Assembly (NCBI RefSeq): GCF_000025505.1
Contig: NC_013849.1
Location: 390,001-422,000 of the forward strand
Source: Ferroglobus placidus DSM 10642
GTDB taxonomy: Archaea; Halobacteriota; Archaeoglobi; Archaeoglobales; Archaeoglobaceae
Direction of reading: 5' to 3'
Length of the DNA stretch: 32,000 nucleotides
The notes under the pieces are model-generated. The model made no database searches and was not told where the DNA came from. It saw nothing but the letters and a program-made list of their open reading frames with translations. Shown one piece after another: positions 1-9,579 of this stretch. A program made the translations under genes and the position numbers. The stretch's first letter is position 1. Each line of letters begins with the position of its first letter.

Positions 1-100
1 CCTTTTCCTTTATCTTTTTAAACACGTTCAGCATGATCCTCACCTTCACCTTCCCCCTATCCCAGCAGGCCCAGCTCTTGGGTGCGAGGGCTTTGAGCGC

Positions 101-337
101 TCAGCCATACAGCATCCCCACATTCTTTATCCTCCGTTTTGGTTTCTTACCCTCCCACCTCTCGCACGAGTGGTTTGCTGGAGTGATCATTCCTCTGAGG
201 CCGCAGTAGCCATCACTCTCATCAACCGAATGCCAGCACCTGCAGCCAATACATCTCCCCCTGGGCAAGTTTCTCCACTTACTCCTGCCTTTTTTCTTAA
301 CCTTCTTACCTGTTCTTTTCTTTCTCTCTCCGGCCAT
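101..337 (-). CDS. Small basic Cys-rich protein, putative zinc-binding (CxxCxCW...C...C)
   Basis: 78 aa ORF; Cys/His cluster CIGCRCWHSVDESDGYCGLRGMITPANHSCERW flanked by Lys/Arg-rich tails; same strand as the downstream transfer genes. Confidence 0.5.
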   Translation of the reverse strand: MAGERKKRTGKKVKKKGRSKWRNLPRGRCIGCRCWHSVDESDGYCGLRGMITPANHSCERWEGKKPKRRIKNVGMLYG

Positions 338-502
338 GCCCTTCTCTACCCTTCTCTACCCTTCTATCCCTTTGCCCCTACCTCAACCCATCTGTAGCGA
401 TGGTTGCAACAGCAACAGTAACGTTAAAGACCCAGGACGCGACCACACCCACACCTCTCATCCTCTCCTATTTACTTTCCAATCTACACTCTTTCCCATA
501 CT

Positions 503-2317
503 CTACACACCTCTCCCTGAAGCCTCAAGATAGGCCTTCTCCACAGGATTAGCTATAACGTTCATGTGGTAAATGCCGGCTGGAGTGATGAGCAGAGCAG
601 AGGAGTAGCCCGCAGTTTTTCCCTGTGCAGCTTCCTTCACAAACCCCTCCCCAGATGCCGGGATGTCCAGTATCCTCTTAACCTCTTCCGGTATCGCCTC
701 CAGCCTGAAGATGACGTGTATGTCTGCATTGGAGATTATCGTCCTCCCCTCCTCAAATCTGATGAACTCGTCATATCCCTGTGTGACGAGAGTGTAGCCT
801 GTTTTGTGGTGCCTTGAGTGCCTCACCTCTCTCTCAAGAAACTTTCTGATCTGCCTGTAGGCCATGAAGTAGTGGGCCTCATCCACCACCACCATCTTCT
901 TACCCTTCTCAGCCCTCTCTCTCGATCCAATCCACGTCAAAACTGCATGCAGAGGTAGAGGGCTCTTCTCAACACCCTCCACTGCTGAGAAGTCGAAGTA
1001 AACAACCCTGTTTCTGATATTGACATCCGTTCGCCCGTTGAACATGCTTAATTCAGCTGTAAAGGCGCTCATTGCGGACTTTATTCTCTCAGCAGCCCTC
1101 CTTTCTTCCTCACCCACGGGAACCTGGTCGATCTTCTCGATGACGTCGTCTATAATCACATCCCTGAACTTCTTATCCACGTAGGCCTTGATTATTGCCT
1201 TCCTCAGCACTCCAGATTCGGCCTTGTCCAGCGGGCTACCAACTTCTTCCTCAAAGAATGTTGAGAAGAACTCAAGGAGAGACATCAGCTTGTCCTTCAG
1301 CACCGACTGAGGTGTCTCGCCTTCCGGGACGAAGATGTCGAGGGGGTTCATGACGTTCTTGCCAACCACAACCCTCTGGGCCCCGAGCACGGCAGCGAGA
1401 TCCTTGAAGCCTGCAAGCGGATCGACAAGGAAGATCCTTACCTCAGGATCATTCAGCACCCACCTCGCAACCTCAAGCTTTGCGAAGAAGGATTTTCCAC
1501 TCCCTATTTTTCCGACAACGATCTCGTTGTGTCCTGCAAATTTGAACCTGTCAACTATGATCGGTGACTTTGTTGCAACATCATAGCCGTACAGCACTCC
1601 ACTCTCGTGCATGAGGGTGGGGAAGACGAAGGGGAAGCAGGACGCAGCGGCCTCGCTGTCCACCAGCACCTTCCTGCTGAGATAATCCTTTCCCTCAGGT
1701 AAAAGTGTTTTGAAGGCTTCGAGCATCCTGTACCTTATTCTCTTCAGCTGACACCCCTTTGCCTTCATCCTCTTGTTGAAGTCTGCAAAGTAATCCTCAG
1801 CAGCATTCTTGTCATCAGCAAGGATGTAGAAGTAAGTGCTTAAGGTGTAAAGCTTTGTCTGCCTTGACACAAGCCTTTCCCTGTAGCTGTATAGGTATTC
1901 AAGCTCGTGCTCCAGAGATGTCGTGTCAGTTCTACCCTTCTCCCTCATCTCCTGCAGCTTTGCCTCCAGCTGGGTTATGCGCCTGTTAAGCTCGTTCACA
2001 ATCCTCGTTTCATCCATGGGTTCTACAAACTGGACAAAGTCAAGCAGGTACGGCTTCCAGACAAACTCATCAGCAATCCACCCCTCGTAAACCTTTGCCG
2101 GGTAGGCGGTGACCTGGGCCGGGATCACAACCTTTCCGTTCAGGGTTAAATATCCCTTCTCTACGGCAACAAGCTCAGGGGCTATTATAGAGCGGTCCAC
2201 CTCCTCCTTGTGGCCTGACCGAGTGAGGATTTTTGCGGGCAGACCGGCCTGCTTCTCCCCCTTGCCCTTGTCCTTGCCTTTGCCCTTATCCTTGCCTTTC
2301 TTCTTGCCTTTGAACAT
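503..2317 (-). CDS. VirB4/TraC-like (HerA/FtsK superfamily) conjugative transfer ATPase
   Basis: Walker A GKIGSGKS, Walker B VVVDEAHYFM, VirB4-like architecture (LEHELEYLYSYRERLVSRQTKLYTLSTYFYILA). ORF opens at 2338, but ATG at 2317 is preceded by GGTGAG. Confidence 0.85.
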   Translation of the reverse strand: MFKGKKKGKDKGKGKDKGKGEKQAGLPAKILTRSGHKEEVDRSIIAPELVAVEKGYLTLNGKVVIPAQVTAYPAKVYEGWIADEFVWKPYLLDFVQFVEPMDETRIVNELNRRITQLEAKLQEMREKGRTDTTSLEHELEYLYSYRERLVSRQTKLYTLSTYFYILADDKNAAEDYFADFNKRMKAKGCQLKRIRYRMLEAFKTLLPEGKDYLSRKVLVDSEAAASCFPFVFPTLMHESGVLYGYDVATKSPIIVDRFKFAGHNEIVVGKIGSGKSFFAKLEVARWVLNDPEVRIFLVDPLAGFKDLAAVLGAQRVVVGKNVMNPLDIFVPEGETPQSVLKDKLMSLLEFFSTFFEEEVGSPLDKAESGVLRKAIIKAYVDKKFRDVIIDDVIEKIDQVPVGEEERRAAERIKSAMSAFTAELSMFNGRTDVNIRNRVVYFDFSAVEGVEKSPLPLHAVLTWIGSRERAEKGKKMVVVDEAHYFMAYRQIRKFLEREVRHSRHHKTGYTLVTQGYDEFIRFEEGRTIISNADIHVIFRLEAIPEEVKRILDIPASGEGFVKEAAQGKTAGYSSALLITPAGIYHMNVIANPVEKAYLEASGRGV

Positions 2318-2421
2318 ACACTCACCCCGACTAACCAAGCATCAACATATGTAGTATTCGGAGAATAAATAAGTTATTTTTTACTCCACTACAACCAGTA
2401 CTATAGCCTCCACAAAAAAGA

Positions 2422-3306
2422 TTAAAAACCTCTGCCGATAACCTCAAGTTCCTGCTCAATCTTGTTTTTTACTTCAGATCTCAGCGAGAAGTATTCAGGC
2501 TTGATAATCCTCATCTTCTCTCCTCTCTTCCCTCCTCCAGAGATCGTGGCATCGAAAAGCACGTGAGTGAAAACTTTGGCAAGCATGTAGGCCTTCACCT
2601 TGTTCATCTTCACTTCCAGCTTCTCTGCAGTACTAAGGATGTCCTCAGCTGTGGCCACAGTGGGCAGTTCATCGAAAATTCTTCTCGCAGTCTCGTAAGG
2701 TAGCTTCAGCACATGTCCCTTGTATCTGGCCTCAACAAGATCTTTGCTGACACGGTATATGAGATTGCCTTTCTTTATCCACCCTTTCTCCCCTCTCTCT
2801 GTCTTCCTTTTCTTCTCTTTCTTCTCTTTCTTTCCTTCAGTCTCCCTTACGGTTTCTTCCTTCTCTTCCTCCTTCTTCTCTTCCCATTTCTTCTCCTCTT
2901 TCTTCCACTCTGCACCTTCTTTATCCCCCGCCTTTGCTTTCTCCTCTTTTTTCTCTTCCGCTGCAATCTCTTTCTCCTCTATTCCTTCTACCACAGGTGG
3001 TAGAAGTTCTCTTTCCTCCTTCCCCACCTCTTCTACCACTTCCTCGTCTGCCCCTTCAGCACTCTCAACGCCACCAACACTTTCCGCCTCTTTCTCTTCT
3101 AGCCTCTCTACAATCTCAGCTTTCGTGAACACCAGTGAGATTTCCACATCCCCATTTGATCTCCTGAGTATGACCTCATCAGCCAGTTGCGTCAGAACGT
3201 CAACCGCTCTCCCTACAAGAGCAGGATCGATCCTTCCCCTTACTACAACTTTCGCCGAACCCACCTTCACCTCCGACTGTGTTTCCTTTACTCTCTTCCC
3301 AGCCAT
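2422..3306 (-). CDS. Hypothetical protein with long Glu/Lys-rich linker between two ordered-looking ends
   Basis: Long ORF in the same operon orientation between the two VirB4-like parts; highly charged centre; ATG at 3306 preceded by a GAGGTGG-like RBS. Confidence 0.65.
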   Translation of the reverse strand: MAGKRVKETQSEVKVGSAKVVVRGRIDPALVGRAVDVLTQLADEVILRRSNGDVEISLVFTKAEIVERLEEKEAESVGGVESAEGADEEVVEEVGKEERELLPPVVEGIEEKEIAAEEKKEEKAKAGDKEGAEWKKEEKKWEEKKEEEKEETVRETEGKKEKKEKKRKTERGEKGWIKKGNLIYRVSKDLVEARYKGHVLKLPYETARRIFDELPTVATAEDILSTAEKLEVKMNKVKAYMLAKVFTHVLFDATISGGGKRGEKMRIIKPEYFSLRSEVKNKIEQELEVIGRGF

Positions 3307-3390
3307 TCTCTCTACCACCTCTTCTACCTCTTTCTCTCCTTCTCTCGCTCACACACTCTCCCTTCACCTTTTGCCCTTCACACCACCTAC

Positions 3391-4239
3391 CTAACCACCC
3401 ACAACAACCTTCGCTGAGTTGTAGTTTTTGGGCATGGTTGTTCTGTTTGCAATCAGCTCGTAGAGGGCCAGAATGTCCTCTCTCTCAAGAAGCTTGGCAG
3501 GAATACCACCTCTCCTCAGGCCCGATGCAACAGTCTCAACCCTCCTCTTCAGCTCCCCTATCGCCACCTCCTCCGTTTTCTTCGGGACTGTTACAACCAC
3601 AAAGTACCTCCTCATGATCGCTGTCCTCACATCCTCATCAAGCCCTGCAAGGTACGCATGCGCAAGCTCACTCAGAATGGGGTTTGCGGCAATATCCTCG
3701 TCCTTCAGCCTCAGCATGAGCCTGTTTAGATACCTTCCAGCATTAAATTCTGCAGCTATGCTCAGGATCTGAATTGGAAAGTCGAGGCTGTCAAGGGTTG
3801 ATTTGAAAGAGTCGAGGAAGGCTCTCTGATCTGCAGGTGTTGAGTAGAAGAAGTTTACCGGCTGAACCTCTATTATGGCTCCATACCCATCCTTCATCCT
3901 CATTACCCATCCATCAACGAAGTCTGTGGAGGGAAGGTATTTTGTTGTGTCGAGCTCGTGGGCGTACACAGCTTTCTTCCTTGCTGCAAACCTCGCCTCA
4001 TATAAAGGAAACATGTATCCCACCTCCTCGGGCATCATTGCCTTCATAAATACAAGGAAGGCGAACACTCCTGCCGCTACAGCTACCGACACCACCCCAA
4101 ACCCCCTGAGCAGTATCCACACTGACGAGGAGATCAGGAAGAGCGTCAGGATCTCCACGGGTGTGAACAGCCCGAACAGCTTTGACTCTGCCTGAACCAC
4201 TGACGGAAACTCAACCACTCTCAGCCCTGTTCCCTGCAT
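3391..4239 (-). CDS. PrgI/VirB3-like membrane segment plus VirB4 N-terminal-like domain
   Basis: VVEFPSVVQAESKLFGLFTPVEI followed by two hydrophobic helices, then DGYGAIIEVQPVNFFYSTPADQRAFLDSFKSTLDSLDFPIQIL, typical of PrgI/VirB4 N-terminal regions. ORF opens at 4323; internal ATG at 4239 fits the conserved N-terminus better. Confidence 0.6.
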   Translation of the reverse strand: MQGTGLRVVEFPSVVQAESKLFGLFTPVEILTLFLISSSVWILLRGFGVVSVAVAAGVFAFLVFMKAMMPEEVGYMFPLYEARFAARKKAVYAHELDTTKYLPSTDFVDGWVMRMKDGYGAIIEVQPVNFFYSTPADQRAFLDSFKSTLDSLDFPIQILSIAAEFNAGRYLNRLMLRLKDEDIAANPILSELAHAYLAGLDEDVRTAIMRRYFVVVTVPKKTEEVAIGELKRRVETVASGLRRGGIPAKLLEREDILALYELIANRTTMPKNYNSAKVVVGG

Positions 4240-4322
4240 ATTGTAAGTATGCACAAAAAATAATATATTCTTTACGCAAACTATTATTACTGGAGGTGTG
4301 TGCCTTGCAGAATCATGAACCA

Positions 4323-4793
4323 ATGGGTGGGGGAAATGGTGGTAGAAAAAGTGACGACTGGCAGCAAAACCATCAGCTGACCGGGCAAGACGACTGGGGC
4401 GGTGATGGTGTTTACAGCGGCATAGATATCGCTAAAGACATCCAGAGGCTTGCTGTTGCAGTGGAGGACGGAGACAGCATAGAAATATGGAGGCTCCTCA
4501 GAAAGATTATACATGTGATGGAAGTGTGCAAACTCAAACCCGGGCCCGGAGAGGAGGAGTTGAAAGAGCTGATGCGGTGTCTTGAAAACCTCAGGGAAAT
4601 TGTTACGCCACGGGATTTTGCAATTCTCGGCAGCGCCATCTACCTGATCGAGCTTGTTCTCTGGCTTGTTCACGAGTGTCAGACTGAGAGCCGGATTGCA
4701 TCATGCTTTGTTGGGGAGCTTGCAGGAATACACAGAGAATACACTCAGCTGCTCACCGGGACGAAGATAAGTACAGAGAGTACAGAGAGGTAA
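4323..4793 (+). CDS. Hypothetical protein
   Basis: ORF with plausible helical composition; divergent from the transfer operon; GGAGGTG at about 4293 upstream; start chosen at 4323 rather than 4182. Confidence 0.5.
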   Translation: MGGGNGGRKSDDWQQNHQLTGQDDWGGDGVYSGIDIAKDIQRLAVAVEDGDSIEIWRLLRKIIHVMEVCKLKPGPGEEELKELMRCLENLREIVTPRDFAILGSAIYLIELVLWLVHECQTESRIASCFVGELAGIHREYTQLLTGTKISTESTER

Positions 4794-4879
4794 GAATTGT
4801 CTAATGATGTCTAAGGGTCAGCTACCTGTCGCTAAAGCATGTGGGGGCTTCCTTGCGGTTAGAGGTGTGGTGATAGAGT

Positions 4880-5302
4880 ATGGTGAACAAGATTATAGGT
4901 GAGCTGCTCCTCATAGCGCTGATGATTGCAGCTGCAGCTGCTCTGGCATTAGCAATCTCCCCTCCCTCGACAAAGCCCGCATACGAGATAAAGGTGGAGG
5001 ATGCCTATCCTCCAACATCATCGCAGGAGCTGTTTAACGTGATCATGGTGTCAGGGGAAATACGGTACAGCAACCTCAAGGTGAGGTTGATAAACGCAAC
5101 AACGGGCGATGTGGTTGATACAGCCACCTACAACGGAAATCTTGCGGGAGGTGTTATATCTGCGGAGATAAAAGATACCGACGGCTACTTCTCCACCGGG
5201 GACTTCCTGAGGTTTAAGGGCTCCATTTCGCCGGGGATTTACAGGGTGATCATCACAGATGACAGATACGTTGCTTTTGAGGGGTTGCTGAAGATACAGT
5301 AG
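4880..5302 (+). CDS. Exported/membrane-anchored protein with pilin-like hydrophobic N-terminus
   Basis: MVNKIIGELLLIALMIAAAAALALAISPPSTKP followed by a beta-rich domain. Confidence 0.55.
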   Translation: MVNKIIGELLLIALMIAAAAALALAISPPSTKPAYEIKVEDAYPPTSSQELFNVIMVSGEIRYSNLKVRLINATTGDVVDTATYNGNLAGGVISAEIKDTDGYFSTGDFLRFKGSISPGIYRVIITDDRYVAFEGLLKIQ

Positions 5303-5400
5303 GTTGGATCCTTGGAAGAGAATGGCTGCTGAAGATACCTGAGAAAGCTGGATGGGATGAGGTGAGTTTGGAGTGAAAGAAAAAGAGAAAGAAATAGGAG

Positions 5401-5808
5401 GTGAGGCCTATCAGATCTAAAGCCACGCTTGTGTTTGTATTTGCAATCCTTCTGAGTGCTGGGCTGGCCTTCTACATCTACACGCTGAACGCCGACGTCA
5501 TCAACAAGATTAAACCGCATCCACACCAGAACACATCCGTGTACTTCTTCTACTCCCACTACTGCCCCCACTGCAGAGAGGTGATGCCATACGTTGAGGA
5601 CGTTGCGAAAAAGGTTGAAAAAAATGGTGTGAGTGTAACCTTCTGCAGTGTGGACGAAACCATGCCACAGAGCTGTAAGAGGGTTGCCAAAGATATTCAT
5701 CTGTCTGCTGTGCCCACAGCTGTTGTTTACAGTAATGGGAGTAAAACGCTGCTTGTTGGGAGTGATGAAGTCAGAACGCTCGGGAAGGTGCTTGGAGTCG
5801 AACAATGA
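5401..5808 (+). CDS. Membrane-anchored thioredoxin/DsbA-like protein (CPHC)
   Basis: N-terminal TM helix, YSHYCPHCREVMPYVEDVAKKV and cis-Pro segment LSAVPTAVVY. Confidence 0.75.
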   Translation: MRPIRSKATLVFVFAILLSAGLAFYIYTLNADVINKIKPHPHQNTSVYFFYSHYCPHCREVMPYVEDVAKKVEKNGVSVTFCSVDETMPQSCKRVAKDIHLSAVPTAVVYSNGSKTLLVGSDEVRTLGKVLGVEQ

Positions 5809-5837
5809 ATTGAAATAAAAAACAACTCGGTTTAAGA

Positions 5838-5978
5838 TCAAAAAATCAAGATCTCTCCCTCCTCAGGATCCTCAGACGGTTCCAGAAATTCTACTTCAAG
5901 CACGAATTCCCCATTCAGTCCGCTCTCTTCACTTCCGCTGCCAACCACTTCCTCTACAAGCTCAAGCACCTCTATCAT
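5838..5978 (-). CDS. Small acidic hypothetical protein (46 aa)
   Basis: ATG-TGA ORF translated by hand (MIEVLELVEEVVGSGSEESGLNGEFVLEVEFLEPSEDPEEGEILIF); TATA-like CTTATATATC about 25 nt upstream suggests a leaderless transcript. Confidence 0.35.
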   Translation of the reverse strand: MIEVLELVEEVVGSGSEESGLNGEFVLEVEFLEPSEDPEEGEILIF

Positions 5979-6158
5979 ACTATATACTACACACACAGAT
6001 ATATAAGCATCATTAGTGTTCTGAAAGTGGAAAGAAGAAAAAACGAATGTAAATCTTTTTCTCTGTTAGAAAAGCGATAATGGCCGACTAAAGGAGGAAT
6101 AATAACTGGAAAATTGACTAGATACACAATAGTCATTTCTCAACCCCTCTCACTAGCC

Positions 6159-6901
6159 TCATAGCAGATCCCATAACAGCGAGCTCAGGAAAACCAGCAG
6201 ATCCCCGAAAAAGATGGCGAGAACAAATCCTGCTGTTATGAACACAAGAAATGGTATCTGCGGAGTTACCCACACCCTCTGACATCCTGCCTTTCTGAGC
6301 GCTTCAAGCTGAGCAGGATCTGGGTCTATCCCTCTTCTGAGATTCACAACCTCTCCACCCCTCACCACCTGGAGAAGGTAGTGAAATCTGGGGAAGTTTG
6401 AAACTTCCACACGATAACCCATCAGAAATCCAACAGGATGCTCCTTAAAGGCTGAAAATCCCTCTTTTAAGTTTCTGAGGACAAATACAATCATTATAAA
6501 CGGTGTTGCGATGAGGGAGTTCGTGAGGACTGTGAGGGTAAAAATTCCGAATCCTTTATTGAGAATGGGTAGCGGTGGTGCTGGTGGTGTCAGTTCAGGA
6601 TAGAAGGGGAAGGTTAATGCGAGGACCATAACTGCCTTTGCATCAGCGCCCCCCACGCACCGATACGGTAGAAAAGGTAGGCCAGAAAGACCATATAAGC
6701 GGATCCAGCAGCACCGAAAATTAGCTGATTTGTATTTGCCTCCGCTATTGTGAGGGGGGAGAGGGTGATAAGCATCCACTTCCAGACTCTGTTCGGAACC
6801 CTTCTCTCCTTCAGATCAAGAAAGGAGGAATAGACGAGGAAGGTGGTTGCAATTGAGAGTTTAAGCAGATAGACAAGGGTCAGGGGCTGCATTAACACCA
6901 C
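6159..6901 (-). pseudogene. Archaeal prepilin peptidase (A24 family), interrupted by a frameshift
   Basis: N-terminal part 6614-6901 (YSSFLDLKERRVPNRVWKW) and C-terminal part in another frame (GGADAK = GxGD-like catalytic motif; hydrophobic helices) join at a 6-G tract near 6651-6656. Confidence 0.7.
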
Positions 6902-6952
6902 TCCCTATCTTGGTGAACTAAAAAAAAAGAAGTTTGTTAAGGCCAAAAAATT

Positions 6953-7441
6953 TTAGCTTATCATGACGTTCTGGTCGACCATTGGCTGCATTGTGGGCTT
7001 GTAGTACAGCACGACCTCGTATGTTCCTGCAGAGGGATTGCTACCAAGTACAGTGTTCTTTGCAATTATCTCTTCACCGCCCTCGAAGAAGTTTTTGTTG
7101 TATCCGGTAGCAGAGAGCTGGTCTAGTGTGACGTTAACACCGTTGGCCGTGGCAACATCCTCGCTGTACAGCAGGGTGTGGTTACTGTCATACACTGTGA
7201 GAATTATGTCTGAGAACAAAATTCTGTCCCCACCGAGGTGCCTCACAACGAACGCATAGGTGTTCGCGCTAAGAGGATCTGGATAGTCTACGACTTTGAA
7301 CTGGGCGCTTGGTGGCTTGTTGAAGTTCATCAGACCTCCCATAAACGCCGCAACCACCGCCACTCCAACAACGGCCACTGCTATTAGCAGGGCCACCACT
7401 ACTATCTGGCTTATACCCCTCTCGTCCTTCACAAACCCCAC
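6953..7441 (-). CDS. Archaeal type IV pilin-like protein (Pilin_N/DUF1628 type)
   Basis: Class III signal peptide MGFVKDERGISQIVVVALLIAVAVVGVAVVAAFMGG; GTG start preceded by GGAGGTG. Confidence 0.8.
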   Translation of the reverse strand: MGFVKDERGISQIVVVALLIAVAVVGVAVVAAFMGGLMNFNKPPSAQFKVVDYPDPLSANTYAFVVRHLGGDRILFSDIILTVYDSNHTLLYSEDVATANGVNVTLDQLSATGYNKNFFEGGEEIIAKNTVLGSNPSAGTYEVVLYYKPTMQPMVDQNVMIS

Positions 7442-7522
7442 TTTTTCACCTCCGCTCTCGTCTCCTCTTTCTAAAGAGTATCCTAAAAGTATATATAGTT
7501 TACTACTCCAATTTATGATAGT

Positions 7523-7825
7523 ATGCGTGTGAAAGCAGTGGTGGTGGGAACACTACTTGCCATGGCCCTTATCCAGCCGGCCCTTGCCCAGACAATGACT
7601 GTATCGTATCTGGCCAGCGCCCTCAGGGCTGTGGGCTCAGCTCTCTTCGGACTCGCTCTGCTCTGGGGTGCTGCAAAGATCATGGCGTCAGGAGGGGACC
7701 AGAGGATGCTGGAGGAGGGTAAAAACGTGATTAAAAATGCGATAATCGGTTACATCCTGATCATACTCGCTTCCTTCATAGCGGTTGGATCCCTCAACCT
7801 GGATCCGCTTGTGATAATCCCCTAG
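7523..7825 (+). CDS. VirB2/TrbC-like small membrane protein
   Basis: Signal-like N-terminus ending in ALAQ, then two TM helices around a short polar loop (AAKIMASGGDQRMLEEGKNVIKNAIIGYILIILASFIAVG). Confidence 0.6.
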   Translation: MRVKAVVVGTLLAMALIQPALAQTMTVSYLASALRAVGSALFGLALLWGAAKIMASGGDQRMLEEGKNVIKNAIIGYILIILASFIAVGSLNLDPLVIIP

Positions 7826-7946
7826 GAGGTGGGGTATGGATGCTGTGGAGTGTGGATGCTGAATGGATCAGAGGGATGGATGGTGTTGCAAGGGCTGATG
7901 GTGTGGTGGATGAAGTGAAGGGATTGAAAAATGCTGGGGTGGAAAA

Positions 7947-8981
7947 ATGAAGGAGAGAGTGGAGTCGGAAAAGGAGCAGGTTGAGATAGATGTTGGCGAG
8001 GGAGTAAAGTGGTATCCGCCGGAACTTATACCAAAGACTGTACAAATTAAGCGCACAGTCTCAATCCCAACCGCCGTTCTCGCTGCTGCCGGGGTTGACC
8101 TGTCAAAAGACATTTACGGCAGATGGGTTGTTGACAGGGACGACTACCTGCTGGAGATATCATATAAAGAGGGAGAGGGGTTCAGCAGGCTCATCAGACC
8201 CAGCCTCACATCATGCAGGCTCACATACGTTCCAAATGCGGTGAGAAATAGAGTGGAAAATTTCAGCAGGTTCTTCTGGACCGCTGAGGGTAAAAACGTA
8301 CTCAGATTCGTCCCGGCCAAAAACAGGATAAAAATCAAGAGATTTCTGGGATATTGTGTGGTGGACGAGGACAGGCTGCTTTTACCGCGCATATTTTCAG
8401 CAAGCCACTGCATACTCGGGTTTGCAGATGGGTTCGACTTCATCATTGCCATTCCTGACGACAGTCATGGTGTTAGTGTCAGCGTGGCAGGGAGTGCTGT
8501 TGTCGGTGTCGGCGTGGTAGGGAAGTCGAGCATAGCAGAAGAACCAAAACAGAGGGAAGGAGAGGAGGTGGAGGAGGAAAAAGAGGGGAGAGAGAAAGAG
8601 GAAGAGGAGCAGAAGTGTGATGAAGTGGTGGTCGGTGTAAAAGAGAATGAGGCGAGGGAAGGGGCAGAGACAGATTTCCTTGAGGTGGATCTGAAACCTT
8701 TGCCAGCGCCAGTGAGGGCGCAGCTGGCCCGGCAGTTCCGGCTACCGGACAGGTGGCTGTGCTGGGAGGGGTTTGCTGAGATCATGTCATCCAGAGGACC
8801 CATCGAAAGAAAATGCATTGTTCTCTCTCCCGTAGTTCTGGAAAAGGCGCTGGAAGAGATGCAGTTGCAGGAAGAAAGGCAGGAAAGTGTGCAGAGAGAG
8901 GAACAGGAAGTGATGGAAGGAGAGGAAGAGGCTAGGGGAGAGCAGGTACAGGAAGAGGTGCAGGAGGCTGTGTTACCATGA
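7947..8981 (+). CDS. Hypothetical protein, globular N-terminus and acidic C-terminus
   Basis: 344 aa ORF; GGGTGG upstream of ATG; ends in an ATGA overlap with the next gene. Confidence 0.65.
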   Translation: MKERVESEKEQVEIDVGEGVKWYPPELIPKTVQIKRTVSIPTAVLAAAGVDLSKDIYGRWVVDRDDYLLEISYKEGEGFSRLIRPSLTSCRLTYVPNAVRNRVENFSRFFWTAEGKNVLRFVPAKNRIKIKRFLGYCVVDEDRLLLPRIFSASHCILGFADGFDFIIAIPDDSHGVSVSVAGSAVVGVGVVGKSSIAEEPKQREGEEVEEEKEGREKEEEEQKCDEVVVGVKENEAREGAETDFLEVDLKPLPAPVRAQLARQFRLPDRWLCWEGFAEIMSSRGPIERKCIVLSPVVLEKALEEMQLQEERQESVQREEQEVMEGEEEARGEQVQEEVQEAVLP

Positions 8982-9187
8982 TCCTCCCGGCCGCACTGTT
9001 CGTCTCGCTCCGGGAGAGCATCAGAGACATTGGGAGTCGGAGAAAGATGGATTCCGCCCCGGAAGATGAAGAGGAAGGGAATGGAGTGGAAGGGATGCCA
9101 GAGGAACAGAGAGAGGTTTTCAGGCTGATCTACGCTCTCAGCCTTCTATTTGCAGAGAGAGATGAAGAGATCGAGAAAATTCTGTGA
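8978..9187 (+). CDS. Hypothetical protein
   Basis: 69 aa ORF, translationally coupled (ATGA) to the preceding gene. Confidence 0.5.
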   Translation: MILPAALFVSLRESIRDIGSRRKMDSAPEDEEEGNGVEGMPEEQREVFRLIYALSLLFAERDEEIEKIL

Positions 9188-9193
9188 GGGGAG

Positions 9194-9547
9194 ATGCAGG
9201 GTGTGGTAAATTCTTTTCTCGGGAAAACCACAACGCTTCCTGTAGCCGTCACTGTCAGGTTCAGAAATGAAAGGAAAAAGATCTACGTGAGCTTCGGGGA
9301 GCTGAGAATCCCGAAACATGCTAAAATTGATGAAGCTGAAATGGAGAAGCTCGGAGAAAAATACTCCTGCAGGATTGCCGAAACTGGAAATATGTGGGTT
9401 GTAGTGCCGCAGGGAGTGCTAAAAATAATAAGAGAGGAGGGGGTGCTGTGTTCCGAAATTGATGAGCACACGAAAATCCTGAGGGGCTGGTTTGAAAAAC
9501 ATGGTGTGAAGCTGATAAAAGAGTTTTTTGAACGCGGGTGGTTCTGA
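9194..9547 (+). CDS. Hypothetical protein
   Basis: 117 aa ORF, GGGGAG RBS, close spacing to neighbours. Confidence 0.55.
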   Translation: MQGVVNSFLGKTTTLPVAVTVRFRNERKKIYVSFGELRIPKHAKIDEAEMEKLGEKYSCRIAETGNMWVVVPQGVLKIIREEGVLCSEIDEHTKILRGWFEKHGVKLIKEFFERGWF

Positions 9548-9579
9548 TTGCTTGTTGTTGGGGTTCAAGGGGTGAGTTG

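Noticed and set aside
8144-8818. Minus-strand ORFs within the 7947-8981 gene
   Set aside because: Antisense to a coding frame with RBS and translational coupling; Ser-rich low-complexity translations
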